From: Candidatus Eiseniibacteriota bacterium
GTDB taxonomy: Bacteria; Eisenbacteria; RBG-16-71-46
Assembly: GCA_038231135.1 (NCBI GenBank)
Contig: JBBRLX010000001.1
Coordinates: 203,956-267,955, forward strand
Direction: 5' to 3'
Length of the DNA: 64,000 nucleotides
Positions 17,498 to 27,503 of this stretch are shown here, one piece after another. The position numbers and the translations under genes were made by a program. The notes under the pieces were generated by a model, which searched no databases, was not told the DNA's origin, and saw only the letters and a list, made by a program, of their open reading frames with translations. The stretch's first letter is position 1, and every line of letters starts with the position of its first letter.

Positions 17498-19309
17498 TCA
17501 GTTCACCGAGTCGAGCCTCATGTCCTCAACCTTGGACTTGCCCCGCAGTTCGGCGAGGTAGGAGCTCAGGAACTGACGCTGCCGGCGTTCCAGGATTTCG
17601 CTCATGAGCTGCGACCTGGCCGCGACGAACGCCGCCGGCTCGGCAAGCGTCTGCCGGGTCACTCGCGCGAAATACCATCCGGCCACGGTCTCGGTCGGCC
17701 CGATGACCTGACCGGCCCTGGCGCCGAACAGGGCGCCCAGCACCTCCGGAGCGTTCTGCAGCCGCGGATCAGGGGTCGCCCGCGTGGTGCCGGTGATCGG
17801 GAACGGCTGGACGCCCGCGGCAGCCGCGGCCTCTTCGAGCGTGCGGCCCTGCTTCAGCGCCGCGGCGATCGCGTCCGCCTTCGGCTTGCTCGCCGCGAGC
17901 CGGGCGTCGAGCTCCGCGAGTTGGTGCAGCTGCTGTTCGACCTCGGAGCGGCTCGCGAGCCCGGCCGGCGACTGGCGGGTCACCTGCGCGATCACGAACT
18001 CGTCCGGACCCTCGAACACCGGGCTCAGGTCCTTGAGCTTCGCGTTGAGTCCCCAGTCGGCGGCTTCCGGGACGGCGTAGAGCTGGGGCGGCGTGTTGTT
18101 GGCGTCGTAGGCGCCGGTGGTCGAGGTGGCGAGGCCCGCCGAGGCGGCGGCCTTGCCGAGCCCGGACCGCTTCGCTTCGGTGAGCAGCGCCTTGAGCTTG
18201 TCGGCCTGGACGCGGAGCTCGTCGTCGCTCGCGCGCACGCGGACCACGATCTGGGCGATGCGGATGCCGGTGGGCCCCGACGCCGAATCGGGCGGCAGCC
18301 GGCGGATGATCACGAACCGGCTGGCATCCTGGAACGGATCGGCGATCTGCCCGGGCGCGAGCGCCGCGATCCTGCCGCCGATCACCGGGTCGAAGTCGCT
18401 CATCTTGAACACGCGGTCGATCACGCCGCCCTTGTCGGAGCCGGGACCCTCGGAATAATCACGGGCGAGTGCCGTGAAATCCTCGCCGCCGCGGGCGCGA
18501 TGCGTCAGGCCGTCGGCCAGCTCCTTCGCGGTGCGGATCTCGGAATCGCCGTACTTCTTCTGGACCATGAGCACCTCGAGCTCGGTGTGGGCCGCGGCCA
18601 TGAACCGGCTCTTGTACTTGTCGTAGGCGCGCTGCAGGTCCGCCTCCGCGACCTTGGGCGCCGCCGCCATGTCCGGCGGGATCTGCACGATGGTCGCATC
18701 CACCTTGTCGTAGCGCTGCTTGTAGGCGTCGAGCAGCTCGGGCTCGGACACCTTGAGCGACGAGATCAGGCGCTCCTGCAGCTTCCGCGTCGGGAGCTGC
18801 GTGCGGATCATGTCCTCGAACGGCGACCAGTTGACGTTCGGGTCCTTGAGCGCCGCCTGGTACTTGGCGTAATCGAACTGGCCGTTGGTCTGGAATCCGG
18901 CAGCCGACTGCAGCATGGTAGGCGGCTGGGTCTTGAGCGACAGCACCACCTCGCCGTCGGTGGCCTGCAGCCCGGCGTGCTTCGCCTGCTGTGCCATCAG
19001 CCGCTGGTAGACGAGCGAGCGCCAGGTCTGCACCTCGAGCATCTTGAGGTCGCGATCGGCCGCCTCGCTGCCGTACTGCTGCTTGTAGTTCTGGCGCTGC
19101 TCCGCGAGCGCGGTCGTGAAGTCGGTGCGGGTCACGGGATCACCGTTCACGCTGCCCACCGCTCCCGCGACGCGGGCGCCATTCGAGCCTCCGAGGCCCG
19201 AGCCCAGCAGGAACACGAAGCCGCCGAGGAACGTGATCACCGTGATCACGATCAGGATCCACCAGATCGTCTTGGTGCGCTTGCTGCCGGCGCGAAGGAT
19301 ATTGAGCAT
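17498..19309 (-). CDS. SurA/PpiD-type membrane-anchored peptidyl-prolyl isomerase
   Basis: N-terminal TM, GSVNG.P, F.TNGQFD..KY, GEDF..LARDYSE.PGS..GG parvulin motif; AGGAG RBS before ATG 19309. Confidence 0.85.
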   Translation of the reverse strand: MLNILRAGSKRTKTIWWILIVITVITFLGGFVFLLGSGLGGSNGARVAGAVGSVNGDPVTRTDFTTALAEQRQNYKQQYGSEAADRDLKMLEVQTWRSLVYQRLMAQQAKHAGLQATDGEVVLSLKTQPPTMLQSAAGFQTNGQFDYAKYQAALKDPNVNWSPFEDMIRTQLPTRKLQERLISSLKVSEPELLDAYKQRYDKVDATIVQIPPDMAAAPKVAEADLQRAYDKYKSRFMAAAHTELEVLMVQKKYGDSEIRTAKELADGLTHRARGGEDFTALARDYSEGPGSDKGGVIDRVFKMSDFDPVIGGRIAALAPGQIADPFQDASRFVIIRRLPPDSASGPTGIRIAQIVVRVRASDDELRVQADKLKALLTEAKRSGLGKAAASAGLATSTTGAYDANNTPPQLYAVPEAADWGLNAKLKDLSPVFEGPDEFVIAQVTRQSPAGLASRSEVEQQLHQLAELDARLAASKPKADAIAAALKQGRTLEEAAAAAGVQPFPITGTTRATPDPRLQNAPEVLGALFGARAGQVIGPTETVAGWYFARVTRQTLAEPAAFVAARSQLMSEILERRQRQFLSSYLAELRGKSKVEDMRLDSVN

Positions 19310-19559
19310 CGAAGTCTCCTCGTCCGGCATGGCGGACGATCACACACAAGGGGAACACGGAATGGCACAAGGGGAATGAGGGGAGCGAGTCTAACAGGGG
19401 GGACGAGGCCGCGCCAAACCCCGGCGGACTCGCGCCGGCGAGCCCGGACGCTGCCGCCGCAGACGGGCGATAATGTTGCGGACATGCGGGTTTCCATGGC
19501 GCCCGCCCCCGCCCTGTGCTACCCATCAATCACGCCGCGACCGTCCAACGGAGGGATGC

Positions 19560-20669
19560 ATGCGCAACGATGCCGCGGTCCGCACCGCCGAGCCGGAGAC
19601 GGCCGGCAAGATCGCGCCCTGGCCCACCCAGGTGCTCGACGCGCTGGAACAGGCCGTGGTGGGTCTAGACCGCGAACGGCGTGTGGTCTACAACAACCGC
19701 CGCATCGAGGAGTTGCTCGGCATCGAGTCCGGCGCGCTGATCGGCACCGCGGGGTCCCGGGTGTTCCCGGGCGCCGACGCACGCTGGCTCAAGGGTGCGT
19801 CCCGCGAGACCCGGGACTTCAAGTTCGAAACCGAGGGCCGCGAACTGACGCTCAAGGCCGAGGCGCTGCCGATCCGCGACGAGGATGGCGACCTGGTCGG
19901 CTCGGTGGTGCTGGCCGAGGCGATCTCCGAGTCCGAGGATGGTGAATTCCAGAAGAAGATCGACCGGCTGGTGTCGCTGGGCGAGCTGTCGGCCTACGTG
20001 GCGCACGAGATCCGCAACCCGCTGACCGGCATCCGCACCACGGTGCAGTTCGTGGGCTCCAAGTTCAAGCCCCACGACCCCCGCCGCGAGGACCTGGAAG
20101 ACGTCATCAAGGAGCTCGACCGCATCGAGCAGATCATCACCGGCCTGCTGCTGTTCGCGAAGCCACCGGCGGCCCGGCCGCAGCCGTGCGACCTCGAACA
20201 GGTGCTCGAGAAGACCCTCGACATGCTCGAGCTCCAGCTCGGGGACGCCCAGGTCCAGCTCCACAAGGACTACGCGCCCGACCTGCCGCTGGTCTACGCC
20301 GACCCCGACCTGACGCAGCAGGTGTTCCTGAACCTGAGCCTCAACGCCGTGCAGGCGATGCCCCAGGGCGGTGAACTCCACGTCACGACCGGGGTGCGGC
20401 GCTACCGCACCCGCCGGTCGATGGTGGACGTGTCGTTCCATGACACCGGCGTCGGGATTCCGAAGGAGCTGATGGAGAAGGTGTTCGACCCGTTCTTCAC
20501 CACCCGCTCGATGGGCACCGGGCTCGGCCTGCCGATCTCGGTGCAGATCGTGCGGGACGTGGGGGGCATGATCACCGCGAAGAACAATCCCAGCGGCGGC
20601 GGCGCCACGCTGCGCGTGTCGTTCCCGGTCCCGACCGAACCCACGGGCCGCACCGAGGAGCTGCCATGA
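19560..20669 (+). CDS. Cytoplasmic PAS-domain sensor histidine kinase (NtrB/AtoS-like)
   Basis: VAHEIRNPL H-box, QVFLNL..NA, DTGVGI, FDPFFTT, GTGLGL; no TM segment. Confidence 0.92.
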   Translation: MRNDAAVRTAEPETAGKIAPWPTQVLDALEQAVVGLDRERRVVYNNRRIEELLGIESGALIGTAGSRVFPGADARWLKGASRETRDFKFETEGRELTLKAEALPIRDEDGDLVGSVVLAEAISESEDGEFQKKIDRLVSLGELSAYVAHEIRNPLTGIRTTVQFVGSKFKPHDPRREDLEDVIKELDRIEQIITGLLLFAKPPAARPQPCDLEQVLEKTLDMLELQLGDAQVQLHKDYAPDLPLVYADPDLTQQVFLNLSLNAVQAMPQGGELHVTTGVRRYRTRRSMVDVSFHDTGVGIPKELMEKVFDPFFTTRSMGTGLGLPISVQIVRDVGGMITAKNNPSGGGATLRVSFPVPTEPTGRTEELP

Positions 20670-22057
20670 AGACCTCGGTGCTGGTCGTCGACGACGAGCT
20701 GCTGATCCGAAAGTCGCTGTCCAAGGTGCTGCGGGCCCGCGGGCTCAAGGTCGAGGTCGCGAGCACCGGGGGCGAGGGCCTCGAGAAGGCCGCCGAAGAG
20801 CGGCCCCAGGTCATGATCCTCGACATGCGGCTGCCGGACACCGACGGGCTGTCGGTGCTGCGCAAGGTCCGCGAGATGGATCCGCTGCTCCAGGTGATCG
20901 TCATCACCGCGTTCGGCGACGTGCAATCGGCGGTGGACGCCATGAAGCTCGGGGCCTGCGACTTCCTGAGGAAGCCCTACGAGATGGAGGACATCGCGCT
21001 GGCGGTGGAGTCGGCGGGCAAGAATTTCCGGCAGGCCAGCGAGCTCGACCTCTACCGGCGCCAGGCGTGGCGGAACTATTCCGGAGACGAGATCGTCGGG
21101 CACTCGGGCAGGATGCGCGAAGTGCGCGGGCTCATCGACAAGGTGGTGCGCAGCCAGGCCACGTCTGTGCTCATCACCGGCGAGAGCGGGACCGGCAAGG
21201 AACTGGTCGCCCGAGCAATTCATTACCGCAGCGACCGCGGAAAATCCCCGCTGATGGAGATCAACTGCTCGTCGTTCAACGAGAATCTGCTCGAGAACGA
21301 ACTGTTCGGCCACGAGCGCGGCGCGTTCACCGATGCCTCGGAGTTGAAGAAGGGCCTGGTCGAGCTGTGCGATGGGGGCACGCTGTTCCTCGACGAGGTC
21401 GCCGACATGCCGCTGCCCACCCAGGCGCGCCTGCTGCGGTTCATCGATCAGCGGCATTTCAAGCGGGTCGGCGGGGCCGAGGACATCGCGGTCGACATCC
21501 GCATCGTCGCCGCCACCAACAAGGATCTCGAGGCCGAGGTGAAGGCGCTGCGGTTCCGCCACGACCTGTATTTCCGGCTCAAGGTGGTGCGGATCCATCT
21601 GCCGCCGCTGCGGGATCGCGGCGACGACGTGCAACTGCTCACCGGGCACTTCCTGCGGGAGTTCTCGAGGAAGTTCAGCAAGCAATTCACCGAGGTCACC
21701 CCCGACGCGCTCGCTCAGATGCGGGCGTACTCGTGGCCGGGTAACGTGCGTGAACTGCGTAACGTGATCGAGCGCGTGGCGCTGCTCGAAGAAGGCGAGC
21801 GGCTCGAAGCCGAGCATCTGCCGCCCGAAGTGCTGGGTCGCCGCGCCACGCATACCGATGCATCGACCGATGACTCCGAAGCCATCTCGCTGCGCACGCT
21901 CGCGCAGATCGAGGCCGATCACATCAGCGAAGTGCTGCGTCTCACCGCGGGAAACAAGAGCCGCGCGTCGAGAATCCTCGGGATCTCCCGCCAGGGATTG
22001 ATCGAGAAGCTGCGGCGGCTGCGCATGGAAGAAGCCGTCGATCGTCAAGTATCTTGA
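20666..22057 (+). CDS. Sigma54-dependent response regulator (NtrC/AtoC family)
   Basis: Receiver DD/D/K, GESGTGKE, ELFGHERGAFTDA, FLDEV, WPGNVREL, C-terminal Fis-type HTH. Confidence 0.95.
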   Translation: MKTSVLVVDDELLIRKSLSKVLRARGLKVEVASTGGEGLEKAAEERPQVMILDMRLPDTDGLSVLRKVREMDPLLQVIVITAFGDVQSAVDAMKLGACDFLRKPYEMEDIALAVESAGKNFRQASELDLYRRQAWRNYSGDEIVGHSGRMREVRGLIDKVVRSQATSVLITGESGTGKELVARAIHYRSDRGKSPLMEINCSSFNENLLENELFGHERGAFTDASELKKGLVELCDGGTLFLDEVADMPLPTQARLLRFIDQRHFKRVGGAEDIAVDIRIVAATNKDLEAEVKALRFRHDLYFRLKVVRIHLPPLRDRGDDVQLLTGHFLREFSRKFSKQFTEVTPDALAQMRAYSWPGNVRELRNVIERVALLEEGERLEAEHLPPEVLGRRATHTDASTDDSEAISLRTLAQIEADHISEVLRLTAGNKSRASRILGISRQGLIEKLRRLRMEEAVDRQVS

Positions 22058-22283
22058 CACCAGCAACGAAATGGACAGTTGATCGTAAGTGATTGTGGAA
22101 CAAGCTGATAACTTGAGTGTTCCGCGTAACACAGCACAAAACTAGACACTTACAGGTTCTGTCCACCGCGATATCCACACCTGCTCCGCGGCCAGACATC
22201 GCCGACCCCGCCTCAAAGCCCACCAATATCAGTCATTTGCGACATCCGGTGTTCGTCGATGTGCGATTGGCATGCTACGTGCC
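22044..22283 (+). promoter_or_regulatory. Putative sigma54 promoter with IHF site and enhancer-like palindromes
   Basis: TTGGCATGCTACGTGC (GG-N10-GC) at 22267-22282; TATCAGTCATTTG (WATCAR-N4-TTR) at 22227-22239; GTCAAG-TAT-CTTGAC palindrome at 22044-22058. Confidence 0.7.
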
Positions 22284-22430
22284 TCTGTATAGATCGAGGC
22301 CATGCGGTGCGCTCGGGCGCGCTGCGACGTGGCCGCCCCGGCCGAGCAGCTCGGCGGCCAATATCAGTGTTGTGGCATGCGTATCAGTCGCGTGCCGATG
22401 GTTCGATACCACCGAGGAGGTGATTCTCCG

Positions 22431-22496
22431 ATGCCGGCGAAGAAGAAGGCCACGAAGAAGAAGGCTGCCAAGAAGGGTGGAAAGAAGAAGAAGTAA
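22431..22496 (+). CDS. 21-aa lysine-rich basic peptide MPAKKKATKKKAAKKGGKKKK
   Basis: Strong RBS GAGGAGGTGA at 22414-22423, ATG 22431, TAA, followed by a terminator. Confidence 0.75.
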   Translation: MPAKKKATKKKAAKKGGKKKK

Positions 22497-22522
22497 ATTG
22501 ATTTAGGACCTGGCACGTCCTT

Positions 22523-22563
22523 GGGGATTGGTTGGCGCCTGACGTCGGCCAATCCCCGTTTTT
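22523..22563 (+). terminator. Rho-independent terminator after the micro-ORF
   Basis: GGGGATTGG…CCAATCCCC stem followed by GTTTTT. Confidence 0.75.
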
Positions 22564-22865
22564 GTTCCACGTTGCGAGTGCCGGCCGTGTGCGAACGGGA
22601 TGAAGCACGCAAAGGGAACGTGTTTCGTATCGCCGCACGCCGCTACAAAACGACGCAGCTGGAGGCTTTGCGCTAGGGCTGGCCGGTTTTCCTCCAGTTC
22701 GTTGCAGCGGCCCGCTCACGGAAGGGCGGGCCGTTTGCGTTTCCCTCCCCGCGTCGCCCCGCCTTGCGCCCTCCGCTATAGTCACGGGTTCCGGCCGCAT
22801 AGCTCCCGTCGCCAGGAACCGGCAGGCGATCGGGTTCCAACCGCAGCGCGCGAGAGGACCCTCTT

Positions 22866-25652
22866 GTGAACCCGGCTCCCGGCCGCGACTTCATCCAGGT
22901 CCGCGGCGCCCGCCAGCACAACCTCAAGAACCTCGACGTCGACATTCCGCGGGGCCGGATCACGGTGATCACCGGCGTTTCGGGGTCGGGCAAGTCGTCG
23001 CTCGCGTTCGACACGCTGTACGCCGAGGGCCAGCGCCGCTACGTGGAGTCGGTGTCCACCTACGCCAAGCAGTATCTCGATCGGCTGCCGCGGCCGGACG
23101 TCGACGGGATCGCGGGGCTGACGCCGGCGATCGCCATCCAGCAGCTCGCGCCGGCGCGCAGCGCCCGTTCGACGGTGGGCACCACGACCGAGCTCTACGA
23201 CTTCCTGCGCCTGCTGTTCGCGCGGCTCGGGACCGTCCACTGCCCGGATTGCGACCGCCCGGTGGCGGCGGATTCGCCGGACAGCATCACGCGCGAGTCC
23301 GCGGCGTGGCAGCCCGGCGAGCCGGTGATCGTGGTCGCGGCGGTCACGCGGCCCGCCGGCATGAGCTGGGAGGAGCACGCCGGTCATCTGCTCAAGGCCG
23401 GCTACACGCGCATCCTCTCGAACGACGCGATCACGCCGCTCGATCCGCTGCCGCGCCTGGGCAAGGCGGAGCGCACCGTGCGCGTGGTGGTCGACCGGTT
23501 CACGTGGCAGCCGGGTGAAGCGTCGCGGCTCGCCGAGGCCGCGGAGGCGGCGTTCCGCCGCGGCGAGGGCCGGCTCGAATTGCGCCATGGCGAGGGTCCG
23601 TTCGAGCCGCGCAGCGAGCGCTGGGAGTGTTCCGCATGCGGTGGGGCCGCGGTGCGGCCAGAGCCGAACCTGTTCTCGTTCAACAGCCCGATCGGCGTGT
23701 GCCCGGCGTGCCGCGGCTTCGGCAACGTGCTCACGTTCCAGCGCTCGCTGATCGTGCCGGATCCGTCGCTCACGCTGCGGGAGGGTGCGATCCGGCCGTG
23801 GGCGGGATCGTGGAAGAAGCTATTCTGGCCCCGGGTCGAGAAGCTCGCCGCCGAGCGCGGGATCGCGCTCGACATGCCGTGGCGCCGGCTGCCCGCGGCG
23901 CAGCGCGAGCTGCTGATGGACGGCGGACCCGGCTTCCGCGGCGCGATCCCGTTCCTCGAGCGGCTGGCGCAGAAGAGCTACTCCGTCGGCAACCGGTTCG
24001 TGGTGAAGAAGTACCAGACCGCGGTGCCGTGCGCCGCGTGCGGCGGCTCGCGGCTGCGGCCCGAGGCGCTGCGCGTGCGGCTCGGCGGCCGGACGATCGC
24101 GGACGTGAACGCGATGACGGTGAGCACGGTGTCGGAGTACTTCGCGGCGCTGGAGTTCTCGGCGAGCGAGCGCGGGATCGCGGGGCCGGTGCTGAGCGAG
24201 CTGGACCACCGGCTCGAGTTCCTGCGGCGCGTCGACCTCGGCTACCTCACGCTCGACCGGCTCACGCGCACGCTGTCCGGGGGCGAGGCGCAGCGGATCG
24301 AGCTGGCGAATGCGCTGGGCGCGAACCTGGCCGACACGCTCTACGTCCTCGACGAGCCGACGATCGGCCTGCACCCGCGCGATACCGACCGGCTCACCGC
24401 GATCCTGGGCGAGCTCGCCGGCCGCGGCAACACGCTGGTGGTGGTGGAGCACGAGCCGCGCGTGATGAGCGTGGCCGAGCACGTGATCGACATGGGCCCG
24501 GGCGCGGGGGAGCGCGGCGGCGAGATCCTCTACGCCGGTCCTGGCGGGGCGGCGCTCGCCGCCGCCGCCACGGACACCGCCCGCTACCTGAGGCGCGAGA
24601 AGCGCGTCACCCGCAAGCGCGTGACGGGCCAGCCCCGCAAGTTCATCACGGTCGAGGGCGCCACCGAGCACAACCTCGAGGACGTCACCGCGCGGTTTCC
24701 GCTGGGGCGGCTGACGGCCGTGACCGGCGTATCGGGCTCGGGCAAGAGCGCGCTGGTCGAGGACGTGCTGTTCCGCGCCGCTCAGGTGGTGTTCGAGGAG
24801 CGCGCGCCCGAGCCGCCCGGCGCCCATCGCTCGATCACGGGGCTCGACGCGCTCGAGCGGGTGGTGATGGTCGACCAGTCGCCGATCGGACGCTCGCCGC
24901 GCTCCTGCCCGGTCACCTACCTCGGTGCCTACGCTCCGCTGCGCGAGATCTACGGGCGCCAGCCGGTCGCGCTCGCGAAGGGTCTCAAGGACGGCGCGTT
25001 CTCGTTCAACACCACGGGCGGGCGCTGCGAGACCTGTGAGGGCGCGGGCTCGGTGACGGTCGAGATGTACTTCCTCGCCGACCTCGTGGTGCCGTGCGAG
25101 GACTGCGACGGCGCGCGGTTCCGCCGCGAGGTGCTGGATGTCCGCTACCGCGGGCTCAACATCCGGCAGGCGCTCGACCTCACCGCCGACCAGGCGTTCG
25201 AGCACTTCGCCGCCGAGCCGCGGTTCACGCGCGCGCTCCACATCCTGCGCCGCGTGGGGCTCGGGTACCTCACGCTCGGCCAGCCGTCGAACCAGCTGTC
25301 CGGGGGGGAGGCGCAGCGGCTCAAGATCGCGCGCGAACTGGGTGCGCGGGGCGCCGGGCCCACGCTCTACCTGCTCGACGAGCCGACCGTCGGACTGCAC
25401 TGGTCCGACATCCAGCAGCTGCTCACGGTGCTCGACGATCTCGTCGCGCGCGGCGACACCGTGGTCGTCGTCGAGCACAACCTCGACGTCATCCGAAATT
25501 GCGACTGGATCGTGGACCTCGGTCCCGAGGGCGGCGACGGCGGCGGCCGGCTGATGGCCGAGGGCCCGCCGGAAACGGTCGCCGCGACGCCGGAGTCCTG
25601 GACCGGTCGCTACCTGCGCGAGGAGGAGTCGCTGGCGGCGGCGGAGTCGTAG
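22866..25652 (+). CDS. uvrA: Excinuclease ABC subunit A (UvrA family, possibly a secondary paralog)
   Basis: GARQHNLKN, two GVSGSGKS Walker A motifs, two LSGGEAQR signatures, Cys-pair zinc modules. Confidence 0.92.
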   Translation: MNPAPGRDFIQVRGARQHNLKNLDVDIPRGRITVITGVSGSGKSSLAFDTLYAEGQRRYVESVSTYAKQYLDRLPRPDVDGIAGLTPAIAIQQLAPARSARSTVGTTTELYDFLRLLFARLGTVHCPDCDRPVAADSPDSITRESAAWQPGEPVIVVAAVTRPAGMSWEEHAGHLLKAGYTRILSNDAITPLDPLPRLGKAERTVRVVVDRFTWQPGEASRLAEAAEAAFRRGEGRLELRHGEGPFEPRSERWECSACGGAAVRPEPNLFSFNSPIGVCPACRGFGNVLTFQRSLIVPDPSLTLREGAIRPWAGSWKKLFWPRVEKLAAERGIALDMPWRRLPAAQRELLMDGGPGFRGAIPFLERLAQKSYSVGNRFVVKKYQTAVPCAACGGSRLRPEALRVRLGGRTIADVNAMTVSTVSEYFAALEFSASERGIAGPVLSELDHRLEFLRRVDLGYLTLDRLTRTLSGGEAQRIELANALGANLADTLYVLDEPTIGLHPRDTDRLTAILGELAGRGNTLVVVEHEPRVMSVAEHVIDMGPGAGERGGEILYAGPGGAALAAAATDTARYLRREKRVTRKRVTGQPRKFITVEGATEHNLEDVTARFPLGRLTAVTGVSGSGKSALVEDVLFRAAQVVFEERAPEPPGAHRSITGLDALERVVMVDQSPIGRSPRSCPVTYLGAYAPLREIYGRQPVALAKGLKDGAFSFNTTGGRCETCEGAGSVTVEMYFLADLVVPCEDCDGARFRREVLDVRYRGLNIRQALDLTADQAFEHFAAEPRFTRALHILRRVGLGYLTLGQPSNQLSGGEAQRLKIARELGARGAGPTLYLLDEPTVGLHWSDIQQLLTVLDDLVARGDTVVVVEHNLDVIRNCDWIVDLGPEGGDGGGRLMAEGPPETVAATPESWTGRYLREEESLAAAES

Positions 25653-27487
25653 CGCCCCGCACCGACGAGGATCGCGTGGGCGAGGCGCCCGATGGAATCG
25701 TCCGGCGCCGTTCGCTCGATCACGGCGAGTTGGGCGAGCGCCGCGTCGGGCCGGCCGGACCGCAGCAGCGCGACGCTGTAGGCGAACCGCAGCCGGGGTT
25801 CGTCCGGATAGCGGACGAGCACGCGTTCGAGGAACGCGGGTGCCGGGCGTGACCAGTGATACCGCGTCATGAGCTCGGCGATCGCGATCGCGGCCGCGGC
25901 CCCGGTTCCCGCGTGCCACATGAATCCCGCCCCGACGGGTACGAACACCTCGCGATCGAGATACGCATTGCTCCAATCGTGAACGTAGGCGACCCGGGTC
26001 ACGCCGGGTAAGAACACCCGCGCGACCCGGCCGGAGTCGGACAGCGCCTCGACCAGATCGTAGCCCTGGTCGCGAACCTCCGGATACTCGCGTCCCGAGC
26101 GCGCGCCGAACGTGCGTGAGGCCCCCGTGGGGCTGAAGAATACGAGGTCACGGGTCGCGGGCGTCAGGTTCCCGCGCAGCGATTCCCCGACGTTGCGTTC
26201 CACCTGAATTCCGCGCAGGAACGGGTCGAGCAGCAGGTCCGAGTGCTCCACCATGGCATGCAGCCGGTGGTCGATCGTGGCATTGGCCTGGATCGCGTAG
26301 GCCGCGGCGATCGCGCCCGCCACGGCCGGCACCGCCAGGCGACGGAGCCGGGGCCGGCTCCGCGAAACCGCGGCGCCGGTCAGCGCCTCGATGGCCGTCG
26401 CCAGCGCCACCGCGAGGCCGGCGCTGGCGGCGTATGCGTAGTGTCCGTATGCCCGGTTCGCGAGCAGCAGCACCGGCAGCAGGCCCAGCACCCACCAGCC
26501 GGTGCCGAACATCAGCAGGGATCGGACGCGCCCCCGGTCCCGCCGCGCGGCGAGCCAGGCGCCGGCGAGCACGACCACCGCGGGCACTGCCACCCGCCAC
26601 GCGGCCGGATCCCACGCGCCCACGCGATCGGGCAGCGTCGTCCACACGGAGACGAACCACGACAGGTAGGTGGCGAGATTGCGAACGACGTTCATCCCCG
26701 GAGCGATGGCGTACGGGGTGCCTGAGGAGGACGGCTGGATCGCGAAGAACGCCACCGCGGCGATCACGGAAATTGCGGGCAGCGCGAGCCGGGAGGCGAG
26801 GGCCGGCCGCGGCCGGGCCGGTTCGGGCGGCGCGACGCCGGGCGCCGCCGCGTCCTGGGCGACCGGACGCCGGTCCTCGAATGGCGGCACGATCCACAGC
26901 AGGAATGGCATGGCGAGGATCGATTCCTTGCTGAGCAGGCCGAGCACGAATAGCGCCGCGGCGACCGGCGTGGAACCACGGGCGCGCCGCTGCAGCACCC
27001 ACCACGCCAGCAGCCAGCAGGTGAGCGCGAGCGAATCGTTGAGGGTGACGGCGCGATGCAGCACGGTGACGAACAGCGGGCACGCGCCGAACACGATCAC
27101 GGCGAGCGTCGCGGCGGTGCGCGAGCCGCCCTGGCGCCGCGCCACGAGGAACAGCAGACCGCAATTCGCCAGGTGCACAGCGAGATTCACCGCCATGAAC
27201 GGCGCGGGAACGGCCCCGAACAGCTTCAGCATCACCCGGAAGTAGACGACCTGGCTCAGGATGCGCCAGATCATGGCCGGCGTCGGCAGGATTCCCAGCG
27301 CCTGCTCCATGTGCAGACAATCGTCCGGGGCGAAGAACGAACTCAGCGCGCGCCGCTGGACGACCGCCACGACGAGCAGCGCGAGGCCGAGGATCAGGAG
27401 CGATCCCGGCGCCACCGGCGAACGCCGCGCGCGACCCGGACGACCTGCGGGTGTTGCGGAGTTTCCCAGGCGCCCTCCGCCATTCAT
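25610..27487 (-). CDS. Third GT-C/TMTC-like membrane protein with C-terminal TPR
   Basis: FFAPDDC, FMAVNLAVH, LLSKES, many TMs, C-terminal YPDEPRLRFAYSVALLRSGRPDAA TPR-like segment; 3' end overlaps uvrA. Confidence 0.7.
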   Translation of the reverse strand: MNGGGRLGNSATPAGRPGRARRSPVAPGSLLILGLALLVVAVVQRRALSSFFAPDDCLHMEQALGILPTPAMIWRILSQVVYFRVMLKLFGAVPAPFMAVNLAVHLANCGLLFLVARRQGGSRTAATLAVIVFGACPLFVTVLHRAVTLNDSLALTCWLLAWWVLQRRARGSTPVAAALFVLGLLSKESILAMPFLLWIVPPFEDRRPVAQDAAAPGVAPPEPARPRPALASRLALPAISVIAAVAFFAIQPSSSGTPYAIAPGMNVVRNLATYLSWFVSVWTTLPDRVGAWDPAAWRVAVPAVVVLAGAWLAARRDRGRVRSLLMFGTGWWVLGLLPVLLLANRAYGHYAYAASAGLAVALATAIEALTGAAVSRSRPRLRRLAVPAVAGAIAAAYAIQANATIDHRLHAMVEHSDLLLDPFLRGIQVERNVGESLRGNLTPATRDLVFFSPTGASRTFGARSGREYPEVRDQGYDLVEALSDSGRVARVFLPGVTRVAYVHDWSNAYLDREVFVPVGAGFMWHAGTGAAAAIAIAELMTRYHWSRPAPAFLERVLVRYPDEPRLRFAYSVALLRSGRPDAALAQLAVIERTAPDDSIGRLAHAILVGAGRYDSAAASDSSSRR

Positions 27488-27503
27488 GTCCCGTACCGTG
27501 AAA

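Noticed and set aside
17921..19945. Long antisense or alternative-frame ORFs (e.g. 17921..19945, 20402..22132, 23820..25976, 51641..53632)
   Set aside because: Shadow ORFs of well-supported genes, expected in high-GC DNA; no family motifs.
22511..22526. TGGCACGTCCTTGG as a second sigma54 promoter
   Set aside because: Lacks GC at -12 and overlaps the terminator hairpins.
25610..25652. 43-bp convergent overlap of uvrA and the membrane-protein gene
   Set aside because: Short 3' overlaps are common in GC-rich genomes; nothing suggests a function.
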